From: Candidatus Micrarchaeia archaeon
Lineage (GTDB): Archaea; Micrarchaeota; Micrarchaeia; Anstonellales; Bilamarchaeaceae
Direction of reading: 5' to 3'
Length of the DNA: 64,000 nt
NCBI GenBank assembly: GCA_046331685.1
Contig: JAXLQI010000007.1
Location: forward strand, 1,862-65,861
Each line of letters starts with the position of its first letter. Position 1 is the stretch's first letter. Made by a program: the position numbers and the translations under genes. This document shows, one piece after another, positions 47,437 to 58,925 of this stretch. The notes below the pieces were generated by a model that did no database searches, was not told the DNA's origin, and was given only the letters and a program-made list of their open reading frames with translations.

Positions 47437-49707
47437 ATGCGACGTTCGTCAGCTCTTCTGCTCGTGCTTGTACTGTTCCTCGGCTTCGGCTGCATCAGCG
47501 AGACCAGATATGACAGCAAGAACACCGAGCAGCTCGCCAATACCCAGTCCGCCGATCTGGACAACGACGGCAGCCCGGATTACCTCGTGTACGATTACTC
47601 CCCGGTCAGCGTTGCGAATTCCGGCATGAAGCTCCAGCGCCAGATCACAGTAAGCGTGGACAGCGGCGGGAGCTTCACCGGCGTCAATCCGAACCTCACA
47701 GATGTCGATCTCCTGGTGGCGGACCAGAGCCTCGAGGAGTTCTCGAAATCAAGGCAGCAGGCCGACAGCGCGTGCAGCGCGAACATCGGCCTCAGCAACG
47801 TCGTCTGCTCGGACATCACCACCTGCAGCAAGCTCTGCTCGAGCGCTTCGCCGAAATGCAGGAAGATCGCTTCATCCTACGAGGAAGCCCTCGCCGGTAA
47901 CATGATAGACTACGTGTCGGCCAACAACCAGATAAGGAGCCTCCTCCTGGATGCGCGGAAGAGCATCCTCGACCTCCGGAACTCCTCGGATGAGCAGAGG
48001 AACGAGTTCTACGGGAAGCTGCGCTCCATAGTGTCGAAAGTCGCGGAGATCAACGCCAACCCGATCTACACAGACTCCGACCTGGGGCTGTGCTCGCATT
48101 CGGATTTCGGCGTCCCTTCCATAACCGAGGCCGCGGACAAGATTGGCCCGCATTCGAACGAGAATTCGAGCTACCTCTACAAGGTCGTCATATCAGTCAA
48201 GCCTGTCTCCGCCGACGCAGGATCCGATGTCGGCGGCGTCTCGGTCACGGACAGGATGCCGAAAGGCTCGATACCGCAGTCCGAGGAGCAGCTCCGCTCC
48301 CTCCAGCCGATCTCGGTCTCCGAGAGCGGAAACGATGTGGACGTCGTCTGGAGCTCCTCGAAGAGCAACCGCGAGGGATACGTGTTGTATTACTCGTTCC
48401 GGTCCAACGACGCCCCCGACACGGTGCTGGCCTCGCTCCGGAGCCCTGACCTGAAGGTCAGGACGCTCAACCTCGCTTTCCTCGCGCCGACAAAGGCACT
48501 GTTCAACCTCGTCTATGGCATTGGCGGCAATTATTACATCGCCCTCGGCACCGCGCTCGCCCTGACTCTCGCGCTCATCCTGCTCGCTTACAACTTCCTC
48601 GTCCTCGTCTTCACCATGGTGAGCGAGCGGGCTGCCGGCATGAACGTCACGGTAGCGTTCCGGAAGGCTTTCGGCAGGACCGACGTGAAATGGAAGACCG
48701 ACATGGTCGTGGCCATCCTTTTCATAGGAGCCGGAGTATACGTGGCATCCACGATGGCGCAGCAGCCGGCATCGGTCCCGGCGCTCACAGAGACGCTGGA
48801 CTTCCTCCTCAAGAGCGAATGGGGGATCGTCGCGATCGGCCTAGTCCTGATCGGGGTCCTCATGGCTTATTTCGCGATAGAGAACTTCGCGAAGATCACG
48901 ATGCTGGAACGCGTGTACGGCATGGTCATCCGCCAGGAGAAAGACATGTTCCTCGCCAAAGCCGCAACCCTCAAGGACAAGATCAAGGAGCTCGAGGCGC
49001 TGATCGAGGAGTACACAAAGGACGACTTCGACGTCTCGAAGGAATATGACCTCCTCACATCCATGAAGTCCGAGAAGATAGACTCCATATCCAAGGAGAT
49101 GACCGCACGGACCAAGACAGTGATCGAGGACAACCTGAGCAAGGTCGAGAGCGCTGTTTCCGGGCTCCGGGAGAAGAAGAAGATTGCCGACGACAACTGG
49201 CCCAAATGGAAGGAGAGCATCGCCAAGATGCTGGATGAGCAGGACGAGGTCTACACCTCATCACTGATCACAGTCCCGAGCTCGCTCCGCTCGTGGGCCC
49301 TCGGAAGGTTCGTCCGGGAGGAAGGCTCCGAAGGCATCACATTCGAAAGGGACTCCCTCAAGAAGAGGAAGGTCACCCCCGCCCAGCTTGTGCAGGAGAT
49401 GATCGCGAAAGGGCTGATCAGGGGGGCGATAGTCCTGAAGCAGGATAAGGTCGTGATCGCCGAATTCTCCGAGGGGAGCAGCACGCTCATGACCGCCCTC
49501 GCACTGAAGCTGAATTCGTATGCCCAGTCGCTGGGCAAGAACCTCAGCCTGAGCCCGCCGCAGAGCATCGTCACCGTCGGAGAGAAACGGGTGATGGTCC
49601 TCATGAAGAGCAGGAGCGTGGATTCCGTCCTTTTCCTCGGCAAGGACAGGTTCAACGAAGCGATCGAGCAATGGAAAGCGAAGATCAAGATATTCGAGGC
49701 CGGCTGA
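47437..49707 (+). CDS. Multidomain membrane protein: lipoprotein-like signal, Cys-rich ectodomain, three TM helices, coiled coil, C-terminal Roadblock-like domain
   Basis: LGFGC, DLDNDGSPD, Cys cluster, three hydrophobic segments, IRGAIVLKQDKVVIAE...ALALKL..YAQSLGKNL. Confidence 0.75.
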   Translation: MRRSSALLLVLVLFLGFGCISETRYDSKNTEQLANTQSADLDNDGSPDYLVYDYSPVSVANSGMKLQRQITVSVDSGGSFTGVNPNLTDVDLLVADQSLEEFSKSRQQADSACSANIGLSNVVCSDITTCSKLCSSASPKCRKIASSYEEALAGNMIDYVSANNQIRSLLLDARKSILDLRNSSDEQRNEFYGKLRSIVSKVAEINANPIYTDSDLGLCSHSDFGVPSITEAADKIGPHSNENSSYLYKVVISVKPVSADAGSDVGGVSVTDRMPKGSIPQSEEQLRSLQPISVSESGNDVDVVWSSSKSNREGYVLYYSFRSNDAPDTVLASLRSPDLKVRTLNLAFLAPTKALFNLVYGIGGNYYIALGTALALTLALILLAYNFLVLVFTMVSERAAGMNVTVAFRKAFGRTDVKWKTDMVVAILFIGAGVYVASTMAQQPASVPALTETLDFLLKSEWGIVAIGLVLIGVLMAYFAIENFAKITMLERVYGMVIRQEKDMFLAKAATLKDKIKELEALIEEYTKDDFDVSKEYDLLTSMKSEKIDSISKEMTARTKTVIEDNLSKVESAVSGLREKKKIADDNWPKWKESIAKMLDEQDEVYTSSLITVPSSLRSWALGRFVREEGSEGITFERDSLKKRKVTPAQLVQEMIAKGLIRGAIVLKQDKVVIAEFSEGSSTLMTALALKLNSYAQSLGKNLSLSPPQSIVTVGEKRVMVLMKSRSVDSVLFLGKDRFNEAIEQWKAKIKIFEAG

Positions 49708-50799
49708 TCAGCCGGATACACCCATCTTCGGGGGCCTTGATACCCTCCTCTGCCTCAGCTCGTCCTGGATCGCGCCTGCGAGGGCCTTTATGCCGCTCTC
49801 CCTGGGGGCTTTGGGATCCAAGCGCTCAGACGGGACTTGCGGCGCCTTGAGAAACACATCCGAGGGACTCCGGCCTCCGGGCCTGACCGATTCCTTCACT
49901 ATATCGACGAATCTTATCTCCGCCACGCAATCCGCATGGTCAGAGAGGATCTGCCCCGCCTCGAGCCGGTGCTCTTTCGATACCCAACAGCTTTCAGCCA
50001 CCGCGAGGAGGCCGAGTATCACATCCGCGTCCAGCCTCATCATGGACTTCCGGATGAGGGAATCAGCGGACTGGTCGAACATCATCGTGGCCCTGGCCCG
50101 CACGACCTCAGGGACCGTGCCGTCTGATGCTATCGCGGCCAGCTCGCGGAAGCACCCGCTAAGCGCGTATACCCGCACGGCCTCGTTGAGGAACCTCATG
50201 GCCCGGTCCCGTGAAAGCGGGTCGATATCGAAAGCGTATATGGGCAGGTCGTCAGACACGGCGAAAACCAGCTCCCGGAACTGCCGTGGCTCCAGGAAAA
50301 GCCCGAAATCCGGGTGGATCTCGAAGCGGCCCGGGACGGGCTCCGTTATCAGGCCCGCCGCCCGGTCGGCAGCGATCATGCGCACGGTGTCTTCGCAGCG
50401 GTCCCATAGCGCGATCTCTATAAGGTCTCCAAGGCGGTTTGCCGGATCGTTCACCACCGCCCCTGAGACCGAATGGAGCCATTTACGGACTATCTCGCCC
50501 CGGAGGATCCTGGGGAGCTCTTTTTCCCTGGAAAGATCGAGCAGCGCGCGGAAACCAAGGGCGGACACGGCACCTTCGATGACCGCATACGCAGAGGAGA
50601 GGTAAAGCTGGTCGGCGCCGTCAGCGAGATCGTTGGTGAATATCATGCGTCCTGTGAGACGGGGCAGATGCCTGCCGACCTCCCAGGGGACAGAACCGTG
50701 GTCCAGCAGCGCGGAGAGGCAAGCCACCCTGGCCTTCTCGATGGAACCGTAGTTGGCTCCTATGAATAGCTCTAAGGGCCCGGATTGGTCGTCTTGCAT
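49708..50799 (-). CDS. Hypothetical alpha-helical protein
   Basis: Long ORF; start chosen at MQDDQ downstream of TTAAAAA. Confidence 0.6.
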   Translation of the reverse strand: MQDDQSGPLELFIGANYGSIEKARVACLSALLDHGSVPWEVGRHLPRLTGRMIFTNDLADGADQLYLSSAYAVIEGAVSALGFRALLDLSREKELPRILRGEIVRKWLHSVSGAVVNDPANRLGDLIEIALWDRCEDTVRMIAADRAAGLITEPVPGRFEIHPDFGLFLEPRQFRELVFAVSDDLPIYAFDIDPLSRDRAMRFLNEAVRVYALSGCFRELAAIASDGTVPEVVRARATMMFDQSADSLIRKSMMRLDADVILGLLAVAESCWVSKEHRLEAGQILSDHADCVAEIRFVDIVKESVRPGGRSPSDVFLKAPQVPSERLDPKAPRESGIKALAGAIQDELRQRRVSRPPKMGVSG

Positions 50800-51011
50800 A
50801 ATGTGGCATTGGCCGGAACTGTTTTTAAGGTTACTCAAAGTCAATGATTGTGTAATCATAAGCCACCGCCACCCCATTCCGGCGCTGCGGGAGGAAGTGC
50901 AAAACCGGCCGGAAAAGGGGCCCAAACAATACGAATTTAAAGCCTTTCAGGCAATGTAATTCCGCTAATCTCTACGACGTGGATTTAAGACAGGTAACCA
51001 GTGGTATCTTT

Positions 51012-52901
<1,890 letters not shown>

Positions 52902-52909
52902 ATGATCAT

Positions 52910-55324
52910 ATGCCTGAAACCATCACGAACAGAACAATCGAAGCCGACATGAAGGAAAGCTACCTCGATTACGCGATGTCGGTCATAATCGGCCGGGCGA
53001 TCCCGGACGTCAGGGACGGCCTCAAGCCTGTCCACAGGAGGATCCTCTTCGGCATGCAGGACCTGGGCAACGTCTATGGCAAGCCGACCAAGAAGAGCGC
53101 GCGCATCGTCGGTGAAGTCCTCGGCAAATACCATCCTCATGGCGACCTGGCCGTCTATGACGCCCTGGTGCGGATGGCCCAGCCTTTTTCGCTCCGGTAT
53201 ATGCTGGTAGAAGGCCAGGGCAACATGGGTTCGATCGACGGGGACTCTCCGGCCGCGATGAGGTATACCGAAGTGAGGATGGCCAAGATCACACTTGAGA
53301 TGCTTTCGGACATCGACAAAGAGACCGTCCCCTTCACAGACAATTTCGACGGCACCCTCAAGGAGCCGACGGTCCTTCCGGCGAAGATCCCGAACCTGCT
53401 GATCAACGGCTCATCAGGCATCGCGGTAGGCATGGCGACCAACATGCCGCCGCACAATCTCGGCGAAGTGATCGATGCCACGATCGCGCTCATCGATGGG
53501 GGTGACGAAGAGCAGGTCATCAAGCTCGTCAGCGGGCCGGATTTCCCGACCGGCGGGATAGTGGTGGGCCGCGGAGGCATCCTTGAAGCTTACAAGACCG
53601 GACGAGGGGTCATCAAAGTCCGCGGAAGGGCGGTCAAGGATGAGAAAAGGAACGCGATAATAATCAGCGAGATCCCCTACCAGATCACGAAGACCGCGGT
53701 CATAGAATCCATAGTCGAGGCGGTGAGGAACAAGAAGATAGAAGGCATAAGCGGAGTGCACGACCGGTCGGACAAGGAGGGGATGGAGGTCATAGTCGAC
53801 CTGAAGAAAGGCTCGGACCCCGACATCGTCCTCAACCAGCTGTACGCCCACACACAGCTGCAGACCTCGTTCGGCATTATCAATCTCGCGATAGCGGACA
53901 AGCACCCCAAGGTCATGCCGCTATTCCAGATAATAAACGAGTTCCTCGAGTTCAGGAAAGCCATCGTCCGCAAGCGGAGCGAGTTCGAGCTCAAGGAAGC
54001 CCAGGCAAGGGCGCATATCCTCGAAGGGCTCAGGATCGCGCTCGAGAACATCGATCCCATCGTCGAATTCCTACGCAGATCGAAGAATATCGAGGACGCA
54101 CGCGCCGGGCTGATGAGCAGATACAGGCTCAGCGAGCTCCAGGCCAATGCCATACTCGACATGAGATTATCGAAGCTCATCGCCCTCGAGCGGGAGAAGA
54201 TCGAGAACGAATACCAGGAGCTGGTGAAAAAGATCGCCTGGCTCAAGGAAGTCCTTGCTGATGTGAACAAGATACTGGATATCATCAAGGCCGAGCTCCG
54301 CGAGATCAAGGAGAGATACGGCGACCCGAGACGCACCGAGATCATCGATGGCGACGGCGGCGATCTGGACATCGAATCGCTCATCCCCAACGACGAGGTC
54401 GTCGTGGTGATCAGCGGCCGGGGCTATGTCAAGAGGGTGGGACTGGATGAATACCGGTCCCAGCACCGCGGCGGCAAGGGAGTGATCGGCACCGACACCA
54501 AGGAGGAGGACATCGTGCAGGATGTCATAGTCACCCGGAACCACAACTACCTCCTGCTTTTCACCGACAAGGGAAGGGCTTTCTGGCTGAAGGCCTACCG
54601 CGTGCCCGAAGGCAGCAGGTATGCCACCGGCAAGACGCTCGTGAGCCTCCTCGACCTTAAGGAGGAGAGGGTGACGTCATGGATCAGCGTCGAGAGGTTC
54701 GACAGCGGCGAATACCTGTCCATGGTGACCAGGAACGGCATCATCAAGAGGACGGCCCTTGATAATTTCAGCAACGTCCGCAAGGTCGGCATCATAGCCA
54801 TCACGCTCAAGGAAGGCGACCGCCTCGTCGAGGTAATCAAGACCGACGGGAAGCAGGAGCTCATCCTCGCCACCAAGAAAGGCCAGTCCATCCGCTTCAG
54901 GGAGGAGGACGCCCGCGAGATCGGCAGGACCGGCCAGGGCGTGATCGGGATCAGGTTCAAGGAGGGCACGGACGAGGTCGTGGGCATAACAGCGTGCAGG
55001 AAACCGGCCATCCTCACGATAACCGAAAACGGATTCGGCAAGAGGACCTCGATCGACGAATACCGTGTCCAGGGCCGCGGAGGGTCAGGCGTCATCAACA
55101 TCAAGACCGAAGGCCGCAACGGCGATGTGGTGGCGGTGCGGGCCGTCGACGACACCGACGAGGTCATCGTAATGAGCTCCAAGGGGCAGGCGATCCGGAC
55201 CTACATCAAGGACATCTCGGTCATAGGCAGGAACACCCAGGGCGTGACGATAATCAGGCTCGGAGAAGGCGAGAAGGTCGCCAGCTTCGCGGTGGTGCCG
55301 AAAAGCGAAGCTGATACTGCCTGA
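52910..55324 (+). CDS. gyrA: DNA gyrase subunit A
   Basis: [22 protein letters not shown] catalytic Tyr, GyrA box QHRGGKG, beta-pinwheel repeats. Confidence 0.98.
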   Translation: MPETITNRTIEADMKESYLDYAMSVIIGRAIPDVRDGLKPVHRRILFGMQDLGNVYGKPTKKSARIVGEVLGKYHPHGDLAVYDALVRMAQPFSLRYMLVEGQGNMGSIDGDSPAAMRYTEVRMAKITLEMLSDIDKETVPFTDNFDGTLKEPTVLPAKIPNLLINGSSGIAVGMATNMPPHNLGEVIDATIALIDGGDEEQVIKLVSGPDFPTGGIVVGRGGILEAYKTGRGVIKVRGRAVKDEKRNAIIISEIPYQITKTAVIESIVEAVRNKKIEGISGVHDRSDKEGMEVIVDLKKGSDPDIVLNQLYAHTQLQTSFGIINLAIADKHPKVMPLFQIINEFLEFRKAIVRKRSEFELKEAQARAHILEGLRIALENIDPIVEFLRRSKNIEDARAGLMSRYRLSELQANAILDMRLSKLIALEREKIENEYQELVKKIAWLKEVLADVNKILDIIKAELREIKERYGDPRRTEIIDGDGGDLDIESLIPNDEVVVVISGRGYVKRVGLDEYRSQHRGGKGVIGTDTKEEDIVQDVIVTRNHNYLLLFTDKGRAFWLKAYRVPEGSRYATGKTLVSLLDLKEERVTSWISVERFDSGEYLSMVTRNGIIKRTALDNFSNVRKVGIIAITLKEGDRLVEVIKTDGKQELILATKKGQSIRFREEDAREIGRTGQGVIGIRFKEGTDEVVGITACRKPAILTITENGFGKRTSIDEYRVQGRGGSGVINIKTEGRNGDVVAVRAVDDTDEVIVMSSKGQAIRTYIKDISVIGRNTQGVTIIRLGEGEKVASFAVVPKSEADTA

Positions 55325-55327
55325 GCA

Positions 55328-56047
55328 TCAGCGGATATTGCGTGTCCATGCCATGGGGTCTGCGGCCTCTCCGTCGTTCTCCACGACGACGACCGCGAGG
55401 CGCTCAGAAGGCCGGACCAGCAGGTTGACGCCGATCCACCATGGATTATATCTCGATCCGCCTCCCCGTGCCAGCAGGCCCACACGCTTCTCGGCCATCC
55501 ACAGGTATTCATTATCAGGGGACTCCCTGAAAAGCAGGGATCCGCTCGGTATACCGAAAACAGGATCCCATGAATAGAACCCCTGCCCTGCCGGGAAGTC
55601 CTTCACTGCCCCGACCGTATCAGCGTGTATCACACGGTTCCTTCCATCGCTCTCGATCACGAAGTCCGGGTGCTCTGCCACAAGAGCGATGTTCCGCTCG
55701 CCGGCGAATTCTGGCGGCACAGGGAACACGTAGCGCAGGCCGGACTCCGGATCCGTGTATTCGATGCTGGAACCGAGCTTCCGGTACGCTTTCTCATAAG
55801 CGACGAATGTCCCGCTCCAGCACGGGAAGGCCTTCGTCAGCAGCCGGACGCTATGCATGTCAGGCTGATCCGTGCTTTCCAGTATCCTGCCGAGCCATGC
55901 GAGGATCATCATATTCGGAGCGAGCGTAAGGCCTGACTGGTCCGCCTTCCTTATGGCTTCTTCCATAGGGACCCCTTCCGAGACCGGCACCATGATACGG
56001 AGGTTTTTGCTTTCAGGCTGAAAGCCGGGAAGCATGATTCTGCCCAT
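55328..56047 (-). CDS. Hypothetical protein, possibly with a C-type-lectin-like C-terminus
   Basis: ORF with upstream TTTATAAA; ends RVGLLARGG...RPSERLAVVV. Confidence 0.65.
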   Translation of the reverse strand: MGRIMLPGFQPESKNLRIMVPVSEGVPMEEAIRKADQSGLTLAPNMMILAWLGRILESTDQPDMHSVRLLTKAFPCWSGTFVAYEKAYRKLGSSIEYTDPESGLRYVFPVPPEFAGERNIALVAEHPDFVIESDGRNRVIHADTVGAVKDFPAGQGFYSWDPVFGIPSGSLLFRESPDNEYLWMAEKRVGLLARGGGSRYNPWWIGVNLLVRPSERLAVVVVENDGEAADPMAWTRNIR

Positions 56048-56100
56048 GGATTGTTATGGCCTGAATCAGTTTATAAAATACCACGTTTTAACACAAATAA

Positions 56101-57177
56101 TCAGATATCTATGATGAGGCCCCTGCCCTCCCTGCGGGCCTGCGTCCCAAGGTCCCTGCACTGCCTGATCATCCGATCACATATCTCCCCTGCCACCGGC
56201 TCCGTGGCAAGATTGGCCTGGCAGCCCGAGATGACGACCGGGATAAGCTCCAGCCCCACTGTCCTTTTCGAAACCTCATCTATGTCCAGCATGAAGATGA
56301 ACGACCAGTCGTTCCTGAGATATCCGTCCACGGCATAATCATCGATGAAATCGCCCGTGCCGTAGAGGATAGGCTTGTTTTTGTAAATCTCAACTCCCTG
56401 GAAAACATGAGCGCTGTGGCCGTGGTATACGCCCACGCCGAGGTCGGCGAGCCGGTGGGCAAAACGCCTGAAAAGACCGCTCGGGCGCGCTGGCCAGTTG
56501 GGACCGAGGTGCAAGGAGCAGACAACCAGATCCGCTCCCCTCGCTTTTGCGGCCAAGCCATCGGCGCAGGCGGCCATCCTGGGCCAGATCGCAAGCTCAT
56601 TGAGGATCGGCCCGGCCAGGTTTCCAATGACAGGCAGCGCTTTCGCGCTCCTGAGGCTTTGACCGTACGGAATGTTATCCGCGGTCGGCCAGGTAGGGAC
56701 AAAATTGACTCCGGGCGCTCCTTCCTTCGCTTCCCATTCAGGGACATTGTCTGTGATGGAGATTACCGCGATCTTGATCCCGCAAGCCTCAAGGAATGCC
56801 GGCTTCGACGCTTCAGCGAGGTCCTTTCCAGCGCCAGCGTGCTTTATGCCTGCCCGATCAAGGCGCCGGATCATATCGAGCATGGCATCCTCGTTATAGT
56901 CGAGGGTATGGTTGTTGGCAAGGGACACGAAATCGATATCCGCAGCCTTCAGGACTTCGATAGCGTTCGGATCAGCCCGGAAATGGAACACCTTCTCGGT
57001 CCTTGTCCAAGGCTCCCCCCGGTCAGAGATGACGCACTCGAGGTTGATCATCCGGAGGTCGGCCTTCTCCAGCTCGCCGAGGGTGTCCCCCCATGGATAG
57101 CGCGGGCCTTTCTCCGAAATAGCCCTGCCGACACCGCGGCCCAGCATCACGTCCCCGAGGAATGCGAGCCTGACCAT
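56101..57177 (-). CDS. CapA family metallophosphoesterase (PGA_cap)
   Basis: GDVMLGRGV, NLEC, SLANNH..DY, GHSAH, YGTGDFIDDY. Confidence 0.92.
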   Translation of the reverse strand: MVRLAFLGDVMLGRGVGRAISEKGPRYPWGDTLGELEKADLRMINLECVISDRGEPWTRTEKVFHFRADPNAIEVLKAADIDFVSLANNHTLDYNEDAMLDMIRRLDRAGIKHAGAGKDLAEASKPAFLEACGIKIAVISITDNVPEWEAKEGAPGVNFVPTWPTADNIPYGQSLRSAKALPVIGNLAGPILNELAIWPRMAACADGLAAKARGADLVVCSLHLGPNWPARPSGLFRRFAHRLADLGVGVYHGHSAHVFQGVEIYKNKPILYGTGDFIDDYAVDGYLRNDWSFIFMLDIDEVSKRTVGLELIPVVISGCQANLATEPVAGEICDRMIRQCRDLGTQARREGRGLIIDI

Positions 57178-57207
57178 TCTTAACGACCTCCGTCCAATCT
57201 CACCACG

Positions 57208-57777
57208 ATGACCGACCAGTCGATATTCGGCATTGTAGCCGGCATTCTATCCTTCGCCGCATTCATCCCTTATATCCTCGCTATCCTTAAAAACAAGAAC
57301 CGGCCGAACCGCGCGACCTGGCTGATATGGACCGTGCTGGGGCTCGTGCTCCTCGCTAGCTACATCGCGGTAGGGGCGACCGACACGATATGGGTGCCCA
57401 TCGGCAACCAGATCGGCTTTTTCATAATAGTCGCGCTGTCGGTTAGGCATGGGGAGGGAGGGGTGAACAGGTTCGACATCGCGTGCCTCCTCGGGGCCGT
57501 GCTCGGCCTGGTCTCCTGGTGGCTGTCCGACTCGCCGCTCGTCGCGCTGCTGATGACGATAGCAGTCGACCTGATCGGGGCCCTGCCTACGATAAAGAAA
57601 TCCTACCTTGACCCGGGATCCGAGAACATTACGACATGGCTGCTGTTCAGCATAGCCAATTTCATCAACATCCTCGCCATAGGGTCATGGACGATAGGAA
57701 TCGCCGCCTATCCGGCCTACCTTTTCCTGATAAGCCTGCTGATATTCCTGATACTCTGCATCCGCAAATACTATTAA
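57208..57777 (+). CDS. Membrane protein, PQ-loop/SWEET-like duplicated three-helix bundle
   Basis: IPYI..I...K.RPNRATWLIW and LPTIKKSY.DP.SE...TW repeats. Confidence 0.75.
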   Translation: MTDQSIFGIVAGILSFAAFIPYILAILKNKNRPNRATWLIWTVLGLVLLASYIAVGATDTIWVPIGNQIGFFIIVALSVRHGEGGVNRFDIACLLGAVLGLVSWWLSDSPLVALLMTIAVDLIGALPTIKKSYLDPGSENITTWLLFSIANFINILAIGSWTIGIAAYPAYLFLISLLIFLILCIRKYY

Positions 57778-57790
57778 AGGCTGGAAACGA

Positions 57791-58426
57791 ATGCAAACCA
57801 TGTTCAAGGACCGCTTCGAGGCCGGGGAGCAGCTTGCAGAGGCGCTATCGGCATACAAGGATGACCCGGATGCCATCGTCCTCGCGATTCCGCGGGGGGC
57901 GCTCCAGATCGGCAAGGTGCTCCATGAGAGGCTGGGGCTCCCTCTCGACATCATAGTGACCAAAAAGATCCCCCACCCTTCCAGCGAGGAGTACGCCATC
58001 GGCGCTGTCGGGCCTGACGGCGAATTCTTCGTGAATGAACATGCCGATGCCAGCCCGGGATATATCGAAGGAGAGCGCATGAGGCTCGAAAGCCTTGTCG
58101 AAGAGAAATACAGGAGATACCGCGGCGACCGGCCAAAACCGGCCCTGAAGGGGAGGACCGTGATCATCGTCGACGACGGGATAGCGACGGGGAGCACCCT
58201 GATAGCTGCGATACATGTCGTAAGGAAGCAGAAGGCCGGGAAGATCGTCGTCGCGGTCCCTGTCGGCGCGCCGGACAGCGTAGACAAGGTCGCGCGGGAA
58301 GCGGACGTGATGATCTGCCTGATGCGTCCGGGGTTCTTCTTCGCGATAGGCCAGTTCTATGAGAACTTCGTCCAGGTGGAGGATGAAGAGGCGATCGGGA
58401 TCCTGAAGGCATGCATGGAGGATTAG
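57791..58426 (+). CDS. Phosphoribosyltransferase family protein
   Basis: FKDRFEAG..LA, AIPRG, IVDDGIATGST, AIGQFY. Confidence 0.9.
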   Translation: MQTMFKDRFEAGEQLAEALSAYKDDPDAIVLAIPRGALQIGKVLHERLGLPLDIIVTKKIPHPSSEEYAIGAVGPDGEFFVNEHADASPGYIEGERMRLESLVEEKYRRYRGDRPKPALKGRTVIIVDDGIATGSTLIAAIHVVRKQKAGKIVVAVPVGAPDSVDKVAREADVMICLMRPGFFFAIGQFYENFVQVEDEEAIGILKACMED

Positions 58427-58502
58427 CACCGCCCGGCGGCTTCCGCCATCTGCGATACATGCGTGGGGATGGGCCCTCGCGATAACCGGCCGCTTAATAA
58501 AT

Positions 58503-58518
58503 GTTCTATGCATAGAAC
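58503..58518. promoter_or_regulatory. Perfect 16-bp palindrome GTTCTATGCATAGAAC, candidate DtxR/MntR operator
   Basis: Lies between a TATA-like TTAATAAA (about 58494-58501) and the regulator start at 58523. Confidence 0.75.
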
Positions 58519-58522
58519 TCTC

Positions 58523-58915
58523 ATGGAAGACCGGACCATCGAGGAGTATTGCCGCGCGATCGACAAGTCCGATCCCGGGGGAGGCGCGAGGTCCACCGAC
58601 ATCGCGAAAGCGCTTCGCCTCTCCAAGAACACCGTCGCGCTCACCCTGAAGAAGCTCGCGCTCGCCGGGTATATCGAGATGGAGCGCTACGGGCGGGTGA
58701 GGCTTGCCCGCAAGGGGCTGGATGTCGCTAAGAAGATGAACTTCAGGCACCGCGTGATCGAGACTTTCCTATTCTCTGAGCTGAAGATGGACAGCAGGAG
58801 CGTCCATGAAGAAGCGAACGCGATGGAACACTGGGTAAGCGATGAGCTGGTCAGACGGCTATATACTTACATCGGCAAGCCGCAGAAGGATCCGCACGGA
58901 AGGCAGATCGCATAG
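58523..58915 (+). CDS. mntR: DtxR/MntR family metal-dependent repressor
   Basis: EEYCRAI, HTH, RHRVIETFL, EANAMEH, PQKDPHGRQI. Confidence 0.9.
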   Translation: MEDRTIEEYCRAIDKSDPGGGARSTDIAKALRLSKNTVALTLKKLALAGYIEMERYGRVRLARKGLDVAKKMNFRHRVIETFLFSELKMDSRSVHEEANAMEHWVSDELVRRLYTYIGKPQKDPHGRQIA

Positions 58916-58925
58916 GAGGATCCTT

